This document shows positions 8,941 to 19,389 of a DNA stretch of 64,000 nucleotides, piece by piece; position 1 is the stretch's first letter, and each line of letters opens with the position of its first letter. The notes below the pieces were generated by a model. The model had not been told where the DNA came from. It searched no databases and was given only the letters and a program-made list of their open reading frames with translations. Source of the stretch: Candidatus Lernaella stagnicola (GTDB lineage Bacteria > Lernaellota > Lernaellaia > Lernaellales > Lernaellaceae). Both the position numbers and the translations under genes were made by a program. The stretch spans positions 244,710 to 308,709 of the forward strand of contig JAVCCK010000034.1 in assembly GCA_030765525.1 (NCBI GenBank), given 5' to 3'.

Positions 8941-11900
8941 ATGACCGAAATCGCTGAGAGAACGACGCTCGACCAGCAGTTGCGAGACGGGTCGATCACC
9001 AGCGTGCAATATCGCGAGAAACTGGCGGCGATCCTGCCCGACCCGCCGCCCCGCGAAGGACGCCCAAACTTCGCCGACGTGCAGGACGAATTGACCACCG
9101 GCAAGCTGGCGCGTGGCGATTTCGCGCGCGTTAATTGGCGGAAAAAGGACCTGAGTGGTGCGAGACTGGCCGGCGTCGATTTCACGAAAGCCAAACTCGG
9201 CCGCTGCAATTTGCGTGAGGCAGACCTAGCCGGGGCGCTTCTCAGTGGAACCGATTTGTCGGGCGCGGATCTGTCTGGAGCCGTGCTGCTGGGTGCGGAC
9301 CTTTCCGGCGCGAACTTGAAAGATGCCGACCTCACGGGCGCGGTGCTCGATCGTGCCGATGCGAAAAACGTTGGCGCTTCGGGTGCGAAGTGGATCGGTG
9401 TGAGCGCTATCGGTACGGATTTCACGTTCGCCGATATGCCGCGCGCCGAGGTAGAGAACGCCGATTTCCGCGAGGCGGATTTCACCGACGCCAATTTCGC
9501 CGACGCCAAACTGACCGGCGTCAATTGGAACGGCGCGACCCTCACTCGTACGACGCTGCAGAATTCGCAAATCGAACGGTTTTCGGCCGTTGGCGCAAGC
9601 GCCGAGCGGATCAACCTGAACCTCGCGGCGGTGACCGACGCCGATTTCACCGACGCCGAACTGGTCAAAGGTGATATCTCCAATGCCTTCCTGGAACGGG
9701 TGTCGTTCAAAAACGCCAAACTGACCGGCGCCATCTTCAACGTCAGCGAGCATCGCGAAGTGACTCTCGAGGGCGCCGATTTGACCGGGGCGTCGCTCAA
9801 ATCCATGGTCGGCTATTCGGAAGAGGAGTTGGCGGCATTGGCCGAGCGCGGCGCGAAGGTGGACAAGTTTCTGCTGCGCCGATTTCTGCGTTTGTTGTGG
9901 CGCAGTCGCGCGGCGCAAGCCGTCGCGGCGTTGCTGCTGATTGCCGCGGGCGTCGGCATCCACTGGTACATCAACAATCCCGTGCATTGGAGCTACGCCA
10001 AGCTCGAGCGCGTCGCGCAGGAACGACGGGGCAACGCCGATTTCGCGGGCGCCGAGGAACTGTACCGTGTCATGCTGTCCAACTTCAGCGAGCAGGCTTC
10101 GAAGGTGGCGGCGGCCCGCAACGCGTTGGCCCGCTTGCTGATTGAAACCAAGCGCTTCGAGGAATCCGAAAACCTGTTCAACAGCGTGATTGCCGATTTT
10201 CCCGATCAGACGGGCGCGGTACTCGGCGCGGAAATCGGCATTGCCGACATTCTGCGCGAGCAGAAGCAATACGAAGCGTGCGAACATAGGCTTCTGGCCA
10301 CCACCGACAAATTCGCCGAACACCCGCAGGTGATCGACGCCTGGGACCGCCTCGCGCAACTGGCCAAGCTGCAGGGACGACCGGATCGCGCGCGGGAGAT
10401 TTACGAGCAGGTCATCGGGCAAACCGCCCTAGACGAAAATACGATCGTGCGCGCCCAATTCGAGCTCGCGCAAATGCTGCACGACAACAAGGATTACGAC
10501 GGCGCGATTACCAAGTACCGCGAAATCGCGCAGCGCTTCCAGGACGACCGCGCCGGGGCCGCGGCGCTATCCTCCATTATCCAGATCGAGGTGGAACGGC
10601 AGGAACTCCAGGCCGCGGCCTTGGTGCTCGAGGAGTTAAAGCGCAAATATCCCGAGGAAACCGACAGCGTGCTGGACGGCGAAATCTTCTACGGCAGCGC
10701 CATGTTGAACGACAGCAATTTCGAGCGGGAAGGGCTGCGTCGCCTCCAGAAAATTTTTGAACAGAACCCGACAACAGACAAGGGATATTGGTCCGGCAAG
10801 GGAATCGCCGAATACTACAAGCGCGTCGAAAAGTACGAGCAGGCTCTGCAAATCCTTGCCAAGTTGCAGGAAAACTTCTCCGGCAACGTGCGTCATCGTA
10901 TCGAAATTATCGCCGCCTTTGCCGAGATTGACCTGCTGCGAGGACAGCCGGAACAGGCGCTGGAACGATTGCAGGCCGTCACCGATTTGTTGGCGGAGCC
11001 GGGGCAGGCGCGTATCGTACTGGATTTGCAGGCGCGGGCCTTGGCCGCGTCCGGCCAGGTGAAACGAGCGCAGATCACCTTCCGTCGTCTCGCCGAATTG
11101 TTCCCCGAAGATGTCGGTACGCGCTTTCAGGCTTTGATCGGCGAGGCGAGGTTGCTCGCCACCGCGGGCGAAACCGAGCAGGCCGTCGTCCTCTATCGCC
11201 AAGCGGCCGATTTGGCCGATCAGCCGCTGTCGGAATTCGATGCGCTGCAAAACATCGCCGCATTGCGCCGCGAGGTTGGAAATTGGGATGCCGAAGAACG
11301 CGAACTGCGCGCCATGGAAAAGCGTTTCGCCGAGACGCCAATCGTCACGGCGCAGGTGATGCTTCTGTTGGCGGAAAATCAACGCCGCGTCGGGAAAGCC
11401 GACAAAGCCTTGGAACTGCTGCGTCGCGTGGCGGAAATGGAAGTGCCGAACCGGCCGGTCGAGGCGTTGCAGGCAATGCTGCAAATTTACTCGCGGCAGG
11501 GCGATGCGGACCGGGTGGCCGAGGTGGGAGCGGAAATCCAAAAGCGCTTTCCGCAAGATCGCCGCGCCGGGCTGACCGCTCGCATTGAAGCGGCAAACCT
11601 GCTGGTGCGGCAAGGGAAAAACGACGAAGCGAAGCGCGAATACGAAGCCATTGCCGCCGCCGGCGAGTCCAATTTTCGCCGTCAGGCTCTGCTCGCGTTG
11701 CTGCAATTGCATGTGGACCGTGGTGAGACGCAAGACGCCGAACGCTTCTACGAAACCATCAAACAGGAATTCCCCGCCAAGTTAGACGACATCGCCAACG
11801 CGACGCTTGTCTACGCGCAACTGTTGCGCAAGAGCGGGCGCGGTGCCGAGGCCGAGGTGCTTTACGACAAGTTGATTGCCGAGAATGCCGGCCAGATCCA

Positions 11901-14900
11901 CGGCCTGTGGGCGTTGGCGGGGCTCGCGCAATTCCATCTCGAACAGAATCGCACGACTGAAGCCGCGGCCGCCTACCGGCGCATGCTGGAAGATCCGGCG
12001 GCGAAAAAGCACCCAGAGGAAGCCATGCGCGCCCGCCAGGGATTGGGGATGATTGCGGAAACGGCGCGCGATCATGACGGCGCCGTCACCGAATACCGCA
12101 AAGCGCTCGACCTCGCCGAATCCGACGACGACAAAATCGGCATCGAGCAAGCCATCGTGCGCGCCTTGGCCGAGCAGGGCAACGTGGACGAAGCCGAAGC
12201 CCTCATCACCCAAATGAAGCAGCGCGACTCCCAGCAAGTCGGGATGATCGAAGCTGCGCAAATGAACATTCTGGGCGCTCTGGCGCGGGATGGGCGTATT
12301 GAGGAAGCCCTCACCGGATACGAGCGCATTGCCGCAGAAACGGACGATGATAACAACAAGGCCGCCGCGCTCAATTCCATCGCGCAAATCCAACTGAGCC
12401 GGGGACGGCTGCGCGAGGCCGAAACCGCGTACGGTCGCTTACGGCGTGAGTTCGCCGACGACCCCCTGCAACTGCGCGCAGCGGACCTCGGTCTGGCCGG
12501 TCTTTTCCGGCAGCGCGGCGATTTCAAACGGGCGCTTACCGCTTACCGGAAAGTCGTTGATCGCTACGATGACTCGGCGACTCGGCGTCAGGGCTTGGCG
12601 GCCATCGCCGGTCTCTACGCCGAAATGGGCGAGTTGGACAAGGCTCGCGAAACCTATCAGGCGTTGTTGGACAATGCGGGCGAATCGGCCTCGGCCCAGG
12701 CTACGGCGATGATGGGCTTGGCGGACTTGCAGGCGCGGGGCGGCGAGGTCGACAAGGCCATGGAGGGCTACCGGCAGGTGCTGGATCTCGCGGTCGAAGA
12801 TACGCTGAAAATCGGCGCGTATCATGCGCTGGCGCAGCTCTACATGCAGCAGGGGCTTTTCACCCAGGCGCGGGAGATCTACGAGGAACTGGGTCAACGA
12901 TTCCCGCAAAACGCCGAGCATCTCGTCGCGGCGCGTTTCGGCGAGGCCGAGACTTTGCGTCAAAACGGCCAGTACGAAAAGGCGGCGGCGATCTACAACG
13001 AATTGCGCGACGGTTCGGCCAACCCGGCCGTTAAGACACGGGCTCGCATATCCATCGGCCGCGCTTATCTCGACCAACAGAAATTTGCCGAGGCCCGGCA
13101 GGCTTTCGCGGAAGTCGTCGAGGACAATCTCGCTCCGGCGCTGCAAAAACTCGAAGCCCGCACCGCCTTGGCGGACCTGTTGCGTCGAGCGGGCGAGATG
13201 GACGCAGCGGCCGACGCCTACGAAAAAATCGTCGCGGAAACCAGTGACGAAAACGTCAAGCAAGGTGCGAGGCAGGCCATCGCCGGCATTCGCCTGGAAC
13301 AAAACCGTCTGGACGAGGCCGAGAAAATATTCCGCGCGATGTCCAAAGCGCCGGGCGGCGCGGCACGTACCGCCGGCGGAATGATGGGGCTGGCCGATGT
13401 CGCGATGCGACGGGGCGAATATGAAAAGGCGCGCGGTTTCTATCGGCGGGTTCGGCAGGCGGCGGTTGACGTCCAAAGCGATTTGAACGCGTTGACGGCC
13501 ATCGCGCAGTCTTACACGGCCGAGAAGAAATTCGCGCGGGCCGAAGCCGCGTACGACGAGATTCTGGAAAAACACGGCAGCAACGCCCAGGCCAAGATCG
13601 ACGCACAACTCGCCAAAGCGAACCTCTTGCGGGATCGCGGCGACGTCGAAGAAGCTCTCGGTGCGTACCGGGAAATCGCCGACACATACGGCAACGCCAA
13701 CCAGGTTTATTGGGCATTGTCCGGCATCGCCCAAATCGAAGGACAACGCGGAAGCGTCGACTTGGCGCAACAAGCGTATGACGAAATCGCGCGCCGCTTT
13801 CCCGAAAATGCCGCAGGCCTAGCCGATGCAAAACTGAACCAAGCCAACATGTTCAAGGCCACCGGGCGACGAACCGAAGCCGAAAAAGAGTTCCGGGAAA
13901 TCATCGAAACCTACCCGGGGTCGCGGCAGACCGCGGCGGCCGTCGAGGGCTTGGCGCAGATCGGCATCGAATACCAGGACTACGACCAGGCGCTTCAGAA
14001 TTTCCAGAAGTTGTTGGAGGATTTCAGTTCCGATCCGTCGGTCACCACGCGCGCCCGTCTGGGGCTCGCCAATGTGGCGCGGCAGCAAGGTGAAACCGAT
14101 AAAGCCGTCGCCGAGTTCGAAAAAGTCGCCGGCGAAGCCAAGCGGCCCGACGACCAAGTTCAAGCCCTCGTGTTTCTCGCGCAGACGCTCCAGGAGACCG
14201 GCCGCAATCAGGAAGCCGAGGCGGTGTTCGACCGTCTGATGAACCAGTATTCCGACCGCCCATGGGCGCGATCGGAAGCCAATATGGGTCGTGGCAACCT
14301 CCGAATGACGCAAGGTCGCTTCCAAGAAGCTGCCGATTTGTTCAAGAAAGTCGCCGAAGAGTTCCGCCGGAAGCCGATGGCGGGCGGGGCGTTGCAGGCG
14401 TGGGCGAGCGCCGAGATCGCCGCGGGCAACATCGAGGGCGTCGAAACCATCATCACGCGGATCGAAAACGAACACGGCGACGACCCCAACGCGGCCATCA
14501 ACGTGCACATGAACGTGGCCAATAAGTTGATCGCCGAAAAGCAGTTCGCTGCCGCCGACCAACGTCTCGCGCGCGTGCTGGAACGATACAAGGGATTGCC
14601 GCAAACCGCGTGGGTCAGACACGCGCAGGCTCAAAGTGCGTTGGCGCAGCGACGTTTCGGCCGCGCCACTGAAATCTACCGCGAAATCAAAGAAGAGTTC
14701 AGCGGCAACCTCGTGGCAGTGATCGATGCCGAGCTCGGCGAAGCGGATTTGTTGCACGGCCAGGGGGAAACGGATCGGGCTCTCGAAATCTACGAGCGTG
14801 TCGCCAACCGCTATCGCGATTACAGCCAGGCGGTCCGCGGTCTGCAGGCCATGGCCGACATTTACGGGGAGCGCGGTCGCACCTACGAGCAGGAACAGGC

Positions 14901-15216
14901 GTACCAACGCATCGTTAACGAACACCCGGGCGATCGTGAGACCTTGCTCAACGCCCGCCTCGCGCTGGGGAACCTGTACCGCACGCGAAACCTGACGACC
15001 AAGGCCCTCGAGCAGTATAAGGCGATCTACGAAAACCACCCCTCGGCCGACCAAGCCGCATGGGCCAAAGGCGCGGCGGCTCGCTTGTACTACCAGATCG
15101 GCGAAGAAAAAGTGGCCGTTGGTTTGATCGAGGAAGTGATCAACGGATTCCCCGAGGATCACGAAGCGGTTTCGGGCGCCAAGCAATTTCTGGAAGAAAT
15201 TTACAAACGGAATTAA
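8941..15216 (+). CDS. giant (2091 aa) pentapeptide-repeat / transmembrane / TPR-repeat protein
   Basis: ATG at 8941 with an AGAGGGAA RBS. Residues about 60-300 are tandem pentapeptide repeats (A[DN]LxG/ADFT[DN]A). One TM helix AALLLIAAGVGIHWYI at about 10000. About 1750 aa of continuous TPR/Sel1-like repeats follow (recurring YxxAxxxYxxLxxxxP, EAxxL motifs). Confidence 0.85.
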   Translation: MTEIAERTTLDQQLRDGSITSVQYREKLAAILPDPPPREGRPNFADVQDELTTGKLARGDFARVNWRKKDLSGARLAGVDFTKAKLGRCNLREADLAGALLSGTDLSGADLSGAVLLGADLSGANLKDADLTGAVLDRADAKNVGASGAKWIGVSAIGTDFTFADMPRAEVENADFREADFTDANFADAKLTGVNWNGATLTRTTLQNSQIERFSAVGASAERINLNLAAVTDADFTDAELVKGDISNAFLERVSFKNAKLTGAIFNVSEHREVTLEGADLTGASLKSMVGYSEEELAALAERGAKVDKFLLRRFLRLLWRSRAAQAVAALLLIAAGVGIHWYINNPVHWSYAKLERVAQERRGNADFAGAEELYRVMLSNFSEQASKVAAARNALARLLIETKRFEESENLFNSVIADFPDQTGAVLGAEIGIADILREQKQYEACEHRLLATTDKFAEHPQVIDAWDRLAQLAKLQGRPDRAREIYEQVIGQTALDENTIVRAQFELAQMLHDNKDYDGAITKYREIAQRFQDDRAGAAALSSIIQIEVERQELQAAALVLEELKRKYPEETDSVLDGEIFYGSAMLNDSNFEREGLRRLQKIFEQNPTTDKGYWSGKGIAEYYKRVEKYEQALQILAKLQENFSGNVRHRIEIIAAFAEIDLLRGQPEQALERLQAVTDLLAEPGQARIVLDLQARALAASGQVKRAQITFRRLAELFPEDVGTRFQALIGEARLLATAGETEQAVVLYRQAADLADQPLSEFDALQNIAALRREVGNWDAEERELRAMEKRFAETPIVTAQVMLLLAENQRRVGKADKALELLRRVAEMEVPNRPVEALQAMLQIYSRQGDADRVAEVGAEIQKRFPQDRRAGLTARIEAANLLVRQGKNDEAKREYEAIAAAGESNFRRQALLALLQLHVDRGETQDAERFYETIKQEFPAKLDDIANATLVYAQLLRKSGRGAEAEVLYDKLIAENAGQIHGLWALAGLAQFHLEQNRTTEAAAAYRRMLEDPAAKKHPEEAMRARQGLGMIAETARDHDGAVTEYRKALDLAESDDDKIGIEQAIVRALAEQGNVDEAEALITQMKQRDSQQVGMIEAAQMNILGALARDGRIEEALTGYERIAAETDDDNNKAAALNSIAQIQLSRGRLREAETAYGRLRREFADDPLQLRAADLGLAGLFRQRGDFKRALTAYRKVVDRYDDSATRRQGLAAIAGLYAEMGELDKARETYQALLDNAGESASAQATAMMGLADLQARGGEVDKAMEGYRQVLDLAVEDTLKIGAYHALAQLYMQQGLFTQAREIYEELGQRFPQNAEHLVAARFGEAETLRQNGQYEKAAAIYNELRDGSANPAVKTRARISIGRAYLDQQKFAEARQAFAEVVEDNLAPALQKLEARTALADLLRRAGEMDAAADAYEKIVAETSDENVKQGARQAIAGIRLEQNRLDEAEKIFRAMSKAPGGAARTAGGMMGLADVAMRRGEYEKARGFYRRVRQAAVDVQSDLNALTAIAQSYTAEKKFARAEAAYDEILEKHGSNAQAKIDAQLAKANLLRDRGDVEEALGAYREIADTYGNANQVYWALSGIAQIEGQRGSVDLAQQAYDEIARRFPENAAGLADAKLNQANMFKATGRRTEAEKEFREIIETYPGSRQTAAAVEGLAQIGIEYQDYDQALQNFQKLLEDFSSDPSVTTRARLGLANVARQQGETDKAVAEFEKVAGEAKRPDDQVQALVFLAQTLQETGRNQEAEAVFDRLMNQYSDRPWARSEANMGRGNLRMTQGRFQEAADLFKKVAEEFRRKPMAGGALQAWASAEIAAGNIEGVETIITRIENEHGDDPNAAINVHMNVANKLIAEKQFAAADQRLARVLERYKGLPQTAWVRHAQAQSALAQRRFGRATEIYREIKEEFSGNLVAVIDAELGEADLLHGQGETDRALEIYERVANRYRDYSQAVRGLQAMADIYGERGRTYEQEQAYQRIVNEHPGDRETLLNARLALGNLYRTRNLTTKALEQYKAIYENHPSADQAAWAKGAAARLYYQIGEEKVAVGLIEEVINGFPEDHEAVSGAKQFLEEIYKRN

Positions 15217-15234
15217 TTGCGTAAAACCGATGCT

Positions 15235-16839
15235 ATGGACATTGCCGCGTATGCGGCCGGGTTGGTCGCCGCCCTGCCGGTGGCGCTGGTGTTCGACGAC
15301 CTGTTCGGCCTGCGCCTGATTCCCGACGCCGGCAATGCGGTGCTCCTCAACCTTCTCGCCGTCTCTCTCGTTTTGCTCACCCTGCGATTCGAGCCGCGCC
15401 GACTGGCCAAGGTCTTCACCGCAAACGAAACGAAACTCAGGCGTCGTCTGGTCATCGAACTATCGCCGCTTCTCATCCTGTTTCTCTTCCGCGGCAGTTG
15501 GGACATCGACTCCGGCGCACTCGCGCTCGTTGCGTTGCTGACCGTCGGCCTGCGCGCCGTCTCCGTGTGGTCGCTGCGCGGGACGGAAAAGATGCCGTCT
15601 TGGTACGCCGGCTTCTTATGGCTGCCGACGCTGGCGCTGGCCGGCGTGTACGGCGGTAATCTCGGCGGCTTCTGGCTCGCGCCGGCGCTGGTGATGATCC
15701 TCATCGGTGGCCTGTTTCTGCGCGATTTCCGCCGATTGGCGGCAACCGAAGGCATTGCCGCGCTACCCGGCCTTCTCGGCTTGCTTGCCTTCGCGGTCAC
15801 CGGCAACCGCTGGGCGGGCGTGGCGGGAGTGACGGCGTGGGGCCTGGGGCGTTTGTGGGCCTACTCCCGTTGGCTCCGTCGCCGCGGTTATGGGCTGGTG
15901 ATGTTGGCCGCGGCATTGATCGCGTTTTGGATGATCGACGGATCGCTGCGCCGTTCGCCGTGGGCCGATGCGTTGACCTCGCGGCATCTATCGGCCGACG
16001 TGCAGGTGCACGACGCGCTGTTCTGGATTCACAAAGACGTGTTTCGCGGCGACATCGATTTCGGCGTGGCCCGCGTCAAGATCCGTGGCCGCGAAGTTCC
16101 GAAGAAAAAGACTGCGGACATCACGCGCGTGATTTGCTGCGGCGGCTCCACGACCTTCGGCGTCAAGTTGCCGCCGGAGAAGGTGTGGGTGACCCTGGCC
16201 GAAAAGCGCCTGCACGATAGCGGGCGGCGCATCGAACTGCTCAACGCCGGGGAACCGGGCTACACCGCGTTTCAGATTCACTTGCTGCTCAAGCATTTTC
16301 TCGTGCCTGACTACGATCCCGACGGCGTCATCCTGTACATTGGCTACAACGACAGCCAATTGACCCGCGGCCCTTACACCGAGCGAGAACTTTACGCCAT
16401 GTGGCAGGCTTACCGCGTCGGGCGGGGGACGTGGCGGATGCGGCTAGGGAATTTCCTCCAGCGCTCGCGGCTGTACAACCTTTACGCCCATACGCTAACC
16501 GGCGCGCGCCGCCGTTGGAGCCCGGAGAAGGTGCCGATTTCCACGCCGCCGGAATTCGCCCGCACGCTCGACGAACTTTTATCCTACCTGGAAGACGCGC
16601 AGATTCGCGTTTTGGTCGCCGCCGAAGCGCATCAAAACGACGAAGTGATCTATCGCCGCATCATGAAACGCCTGGCGAGACAACATCACGCGGGCTTCGT
16701 GGACGTGTACGACCTCGTGCGACGGCGCAACGCGCCGGGTGAGATCCATACCGATGTCGTTCATCTCACACCGCGCGGCAACGAGATCGTGGCCGATATC
16801 ATCGCCGATGCGTGGCAAAACATGGAGATTGGACCATGA
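15235..16839 (+). CDS. polytopic membrane protein with C-terminal SGNH/GDSL-type hydrolase domain
   Basis: N-terminal about 230 aa holds multiple TM helices. The C-terminal domain has SGNH blocks: CCGGSTTFG (block I), NAGEPG (II), GYNDSQ (III), DVVHLTPRG (V, Asp-x-x-His). An alternative TTG start at 15217 lies immediately after the upstream stop. Confidence 0.7.
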   Translation: MDIAAYAAGLVAALPVALVFDDLFGLRLIPDAGNAVLLNLLAVSLVLLTLRFEPRRLAKVFTANETKLRRRLVIELSPLLILFLFRGSWDIDSGALALVALLTVGLRAVSVWSLRGTEKMPSWYAGFLWLPTLALAGVYGGNLGGFWLAPALVMILIGGLFLRDFRRLAATEGIAALPGLLGLLAFAVTGNRWAGVAGVTAWGLGRLWAYSRWLRRRGYGLVMLAAALIAFWMIDGSLRRSPWADALTSRHLSADVQVHDALFWIHKDVFRGDIDFGVARVKIRGREVPKKKTADITRVICCGGSTTFGVKLPPEKVWVTLAEKRLHDSGRRIELLNAGEPGYTAFQIHLLLKHFLVPDYDPDGVILYIGYNDSQLTRGPYTERELYAMWQAYRVGRGTWRMRLGNFLQRSRLYNLYAHTLTGARRRWSPEKVPISTPPEFARTLDELLSYLEDAQIRVLVAAEAHQNDEVIYRRIMKRLARQHHAGFVDVYDLVRRRNAPGEIHTDVVHLTPRGNEIVADIIADAWQNMEIGP

Positions 16840-18149
16840 AGCGCCGGTGGCTTGTTCGACTCGCGTACGGCGCGATCCTCGGCCTGCTGGCGGTCGGCGC
16901 GGCGAGCCCACGGTTGGCGTCGCCCGGCCGCGTCAAACAAGCGATGGAGGCGGCCATCTACGAATCCGACGACCGCCGCGCCTCGCGACTGCTGCCGCTG
17001 TTTATCGACGCTTTCGAGTACACGCCGCTCGAACTGACTCGCCTCGGACAACGCCTGGGGGCGTTGAACGAACCGGCTGTCGTGGAGCAGTACGCGGCCT
17101 TGGTGGAGGAAAGCGTTGCGCCGACGGACCCGATCCGAGCGACCGCGCTGCTGTGGCGTGCCGAGGCCGCGGTCATGGGCAGGCGTCCGCGTGAAGCCCG
17201 GCGTTTGTACGAGGAGGTCTTGGAGAAGTATTGGGATCATCCGCAGGCGTTGGAGGCGCAGAGCGCGCTGAGGCGACTTGTCGGGCGCGACGCCGCGGCC
17301 CGCATTACCCAAGCCGCACTCGACGGCCAATGGGAGAGGGTGGTCGATCTGGCCGCTGAAATCGACGCCACGACTCTTTTCCCGGAGGATCGCGATTTGA
17401 TCGCCGCCCACTTGCTCGAGGCATACCTGGCGACCGCACGGTTGGATGCGGCGGTAGAAAAACTGCGTCGTTGGGCCGCAGCGGACTCGGGCTACAATAT
17501 TCCGTCGATTCTTATGCCGTCACGATTAGCCCCCTACGAGGCGAGCCGGGGCGTCGTGGGCCGCGCCCGCGACAACTTGACCGACGAGCGCTGGCGGATC
17601 GAGATGAGCGGCCTTGAGGCCGCGCTGGGCGACCGATGGCAACAGGTGCGGACACTACTGCCCGCCATGGACAGCCAAATGGCGTTGAACCTCGTCGAAT
17701 ACGGCCTGCGCCAAGCGATCGACGATGTTGCCGCGGAAGGCTTGCTGGAAGCCCTGCCACGCGAGCGGTTTTCCGATGTCGAAAAACTGCACGGTCACTT
17801 TCTCGCGGCGAACTTTTGGTTCTCGCGCGGCAACGTACCGCGGGCCGATGCGGCGATACGCGCCGGTCTCGATTTGCAGCTCGACGAGCCGGAATTCGGG
17901 CATTTGCAGCTTCTGCGGCTTGAACTGGATGACGTGGATCCGGGCGTCGCGCTTAAGCGCTATGGCGAGTTGGCCCGTCGATGGACCGCTCACGAACGTC
18001 TGTTGCTGGAGATTCTGCGCTTCGGTCAAAAGCGTTTGGCCGCTGCCGGGCGGCGGGGCGAGGCGTGTCGATTAGGCCGCGAGTATGCCGAGGCGCTATT
18101 ATCTGCGGGCCACCGTCAAGGCGTGTTGGAGTTCTGCGATTCTCCCTGA
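16836..18149 (+). CDS. hypothetical secreted protein (helical/TPR-like)
   Basis: ATGA overlap with the upstream SGNH gene. Signal peptide LAYGAILGLLAVGAASP. Rest is Ala/Leu-rich helical repeat content. Confidence 0.5.
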   Translation: MKRRWLVRLAYGAILGLLAVGAASPRLASPGRVKQAMEAAIYESDDRRASRLLPLFIDAFEYTPLELTRLGQRLGALNEPAVVEQYAALVEESVAPTDPIRATALLWRAEAAVMGRRPREARRLYEEVLEKYWDHPQALEAQSALRRLVGRDAAARITQAALDGQWERVVDLAAEIDATTLFPEDRDLIAAHLLEAYLATARLDAAVEKLRRWAAADSGYNIPSILMPSRLAPYEASRGVVGRARDNLTDERWRIEMSGLEAALGDRWQQVRTLLPAMDSQMALNLVEYGLRQAIDDVAAEGLLEALPRERFSDVEKLHGHFLAANFWFSRGNVPRADAAIRAGLDLQLDEPEFGHLQLLRLELDDVDPGVALKRYGELARRWTAHERLLLEILRFGQKRLAAAGRRGEACRLGREYAEALLSAGHRQGVLEFCDSP

Positions 18150-18463
18150 TCGGGGTCCTGTCCGTCGGTATCCTCAATTTGTTCACGGACGTGCTGCAAA
18201 AACATGCGAGGCAGCGCGAATGCCACAATGAAGGTCGAGGTTACTGCCAGCACCAAGGATGTGTACCAGCAAGGCTGCGATATGTTGTTGTAATTACGAA
18301 ACAAAAAGGCGCACGCGGCGAGTACGCCCACCAATCCCGGATTGATTGAAAACACGATCAACATGAAGGGGTTTTGCCGGATCGCCCGAAAACGGAGCAA
18401 TATCGCCAGAAAGATGATTGCCGAGGCCAGGATGCCGATTCCGATCCAGTCCTGCTGCTCCAT
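18116..18463 (-). CDS. small hypothetical membrane protein (3 TM)
   Basis: GGGAG RBS 7 nt upstream of the ATG and three hydrophobic helices. Sits in a locally lower-GC patch. The 3' end overlaps the convergent gene by about 34 bp, so it is uncertain. Confidence 0.35.
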   Translation of the reverse strand: MEQQDWIGIGILASAIIFLAILLRFRAIRQNPFMLIVFSINPGLVGVLAACAFLFRNYNNISQPCWYTSLVLAVTSTFIVAFALPRMFLQHVREQIEDTDGQDPDQGESQNSNTP

Positions 18464-18643
18464 GGTGACTCCCAGGAAAATTAACGTTGCCGACGTTACA
18501 CCGCGGGGTGGGCGAAGTCAAAGCCCGGCGCGACCGAGCGCCCGAAGAAACGCCCTAGAAGAGTCATGAGCGAGGTGATCACGAGGTGTTGCTAAAACGC
18601 CACAGTTGTTGCGTAAACGCGTAATACCGGCGGAAAAAAGCTC

Positions 18644-18672
18644 TTGACAAAAACCTTGAATTTCATTATGTT
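18644..18672 (+). promoter_or_regulatory. sigma70-like promoter TTGACA-N17-TATGTT upstream of rplU
   Basis: Consensus -35 hexamer with a 17-nt spacer. Lies 40 nt upstream of the rplU start. Confidence 0.4.
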
Positions 18673-18712
18673 CCAGCGCTCTTGAGTGTTACGTGCGAAA
18701 AGGAACTACACG

Positions 18713-19024
18713 ATGTATGCGATTATTGAAACCGGCGGTCAGCAATTTCGAGTCCAGGAAGGCGACCTTCTAAAGGTTGAGAAACTGGACGGCGAAGTCG
18801 GTCATAAAGTGGAAATCGACAAGGTGCTGATGATCCGCTCCGAAGACGATATTAAAGTTGGCGCCCCGTACGTGGACGGCGCAAAGGTTGTCGGCGAAAT
18901 CGTCGAACAGGATCGTGCCAAGAAGGTCACGGTTTTCAAGTTTCGGCGTCGCCTGGACTCGCATGTGAAGCGGGGCCACCGGCAACACTACACGGCCCTG
19001 AAGATCTCGCAGATCGTCGGCTGA
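18713..19024 (+). CDS. rplU: 50S ribosomal protein L21
   Basis: [18 protein letters not shown]...FKFRRR is canonical L21. AAAGGAA RBS. Confidence 0.95.
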   Translation: MYAIIETGGQQFRVQEGDLLKVEKLDGEVGHKVEIDKVLMIRSEDDIKVGAPYVDGAKVVGEIVEQDRAKKVTVFKFRRRLDSHVKRGHRQHYTALKISQIVG

Positions 19025-19037
19025 GAAGGAGACTGTC

Positions 19038-19313
19038 ATGGCTCACAAAAAAGCAGGCGGAAGCAGTCGGAACGGCCGCGACAGCCAAGGTCGCCGCTTT
19101 GGCATGAAGGCCCAGGACGGGCAGTTTGTGACCGGCGGAACGATCATCATTCGGCAACTGGGCACGCTGATTCACCCAGGTGAGAATGTCGGCATGGGGC
19201 GTGACTACACGCTGTACGCCAAGATCCCGGGCACCGTGAAAATTTGCCGTTGGGGTCGCGACCGGAAACGGGCGAACATCATCCCCGCCGAGCAGGCCCA
19301 GACCGACAAATAA
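19038..19313 (+). CDS. rpmA: 50S ribosomal protein L27
   Basis: [22 protein letters not shown]... is canonical L27. 13 nt after rplU. Confidence 0.95.
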   Translation: MAHKKAGGSSRNGRDSQGRRFGMKAQDGQFVTGGTIIIRQLGTLIHPGENVGMGRDYTLYAKIPGTVKICRWGRDRKRANIIPAEQAQTDK

Positions 19314-19333
19314 GCGCGAAAAGATTAAGACAA

Positions 19334-19365
19334 AGCGCCGCGCACGAAGCGTGGCGCTTTTTTTA
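19334..19365. terminator. rho-independent terminator (GC hairpin + T7) after rpmA; also abuts the convergent ybjQ-like gene
   Basis: AGCGCCGCGC-acgaa-GCGTGGCGCT followed by TTTTTTT. Confidence 0.6.
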
Positions 19366-19389
19366 TGTCTGAATACCGCACTCGGAAGC

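Noticed and set aside
9226-10422. 398-aa ORF antisense inside the giant TPR gene (also 12439-13773, 13819-15186, 10636-11733 on the minus strand)
   Set aside because: Shadow ORFs typical of 65% GC DNA. They are antisense to a strongly supported repeat-protein CDS and their translations are Arg/Gly/Ala-rich without motifs.
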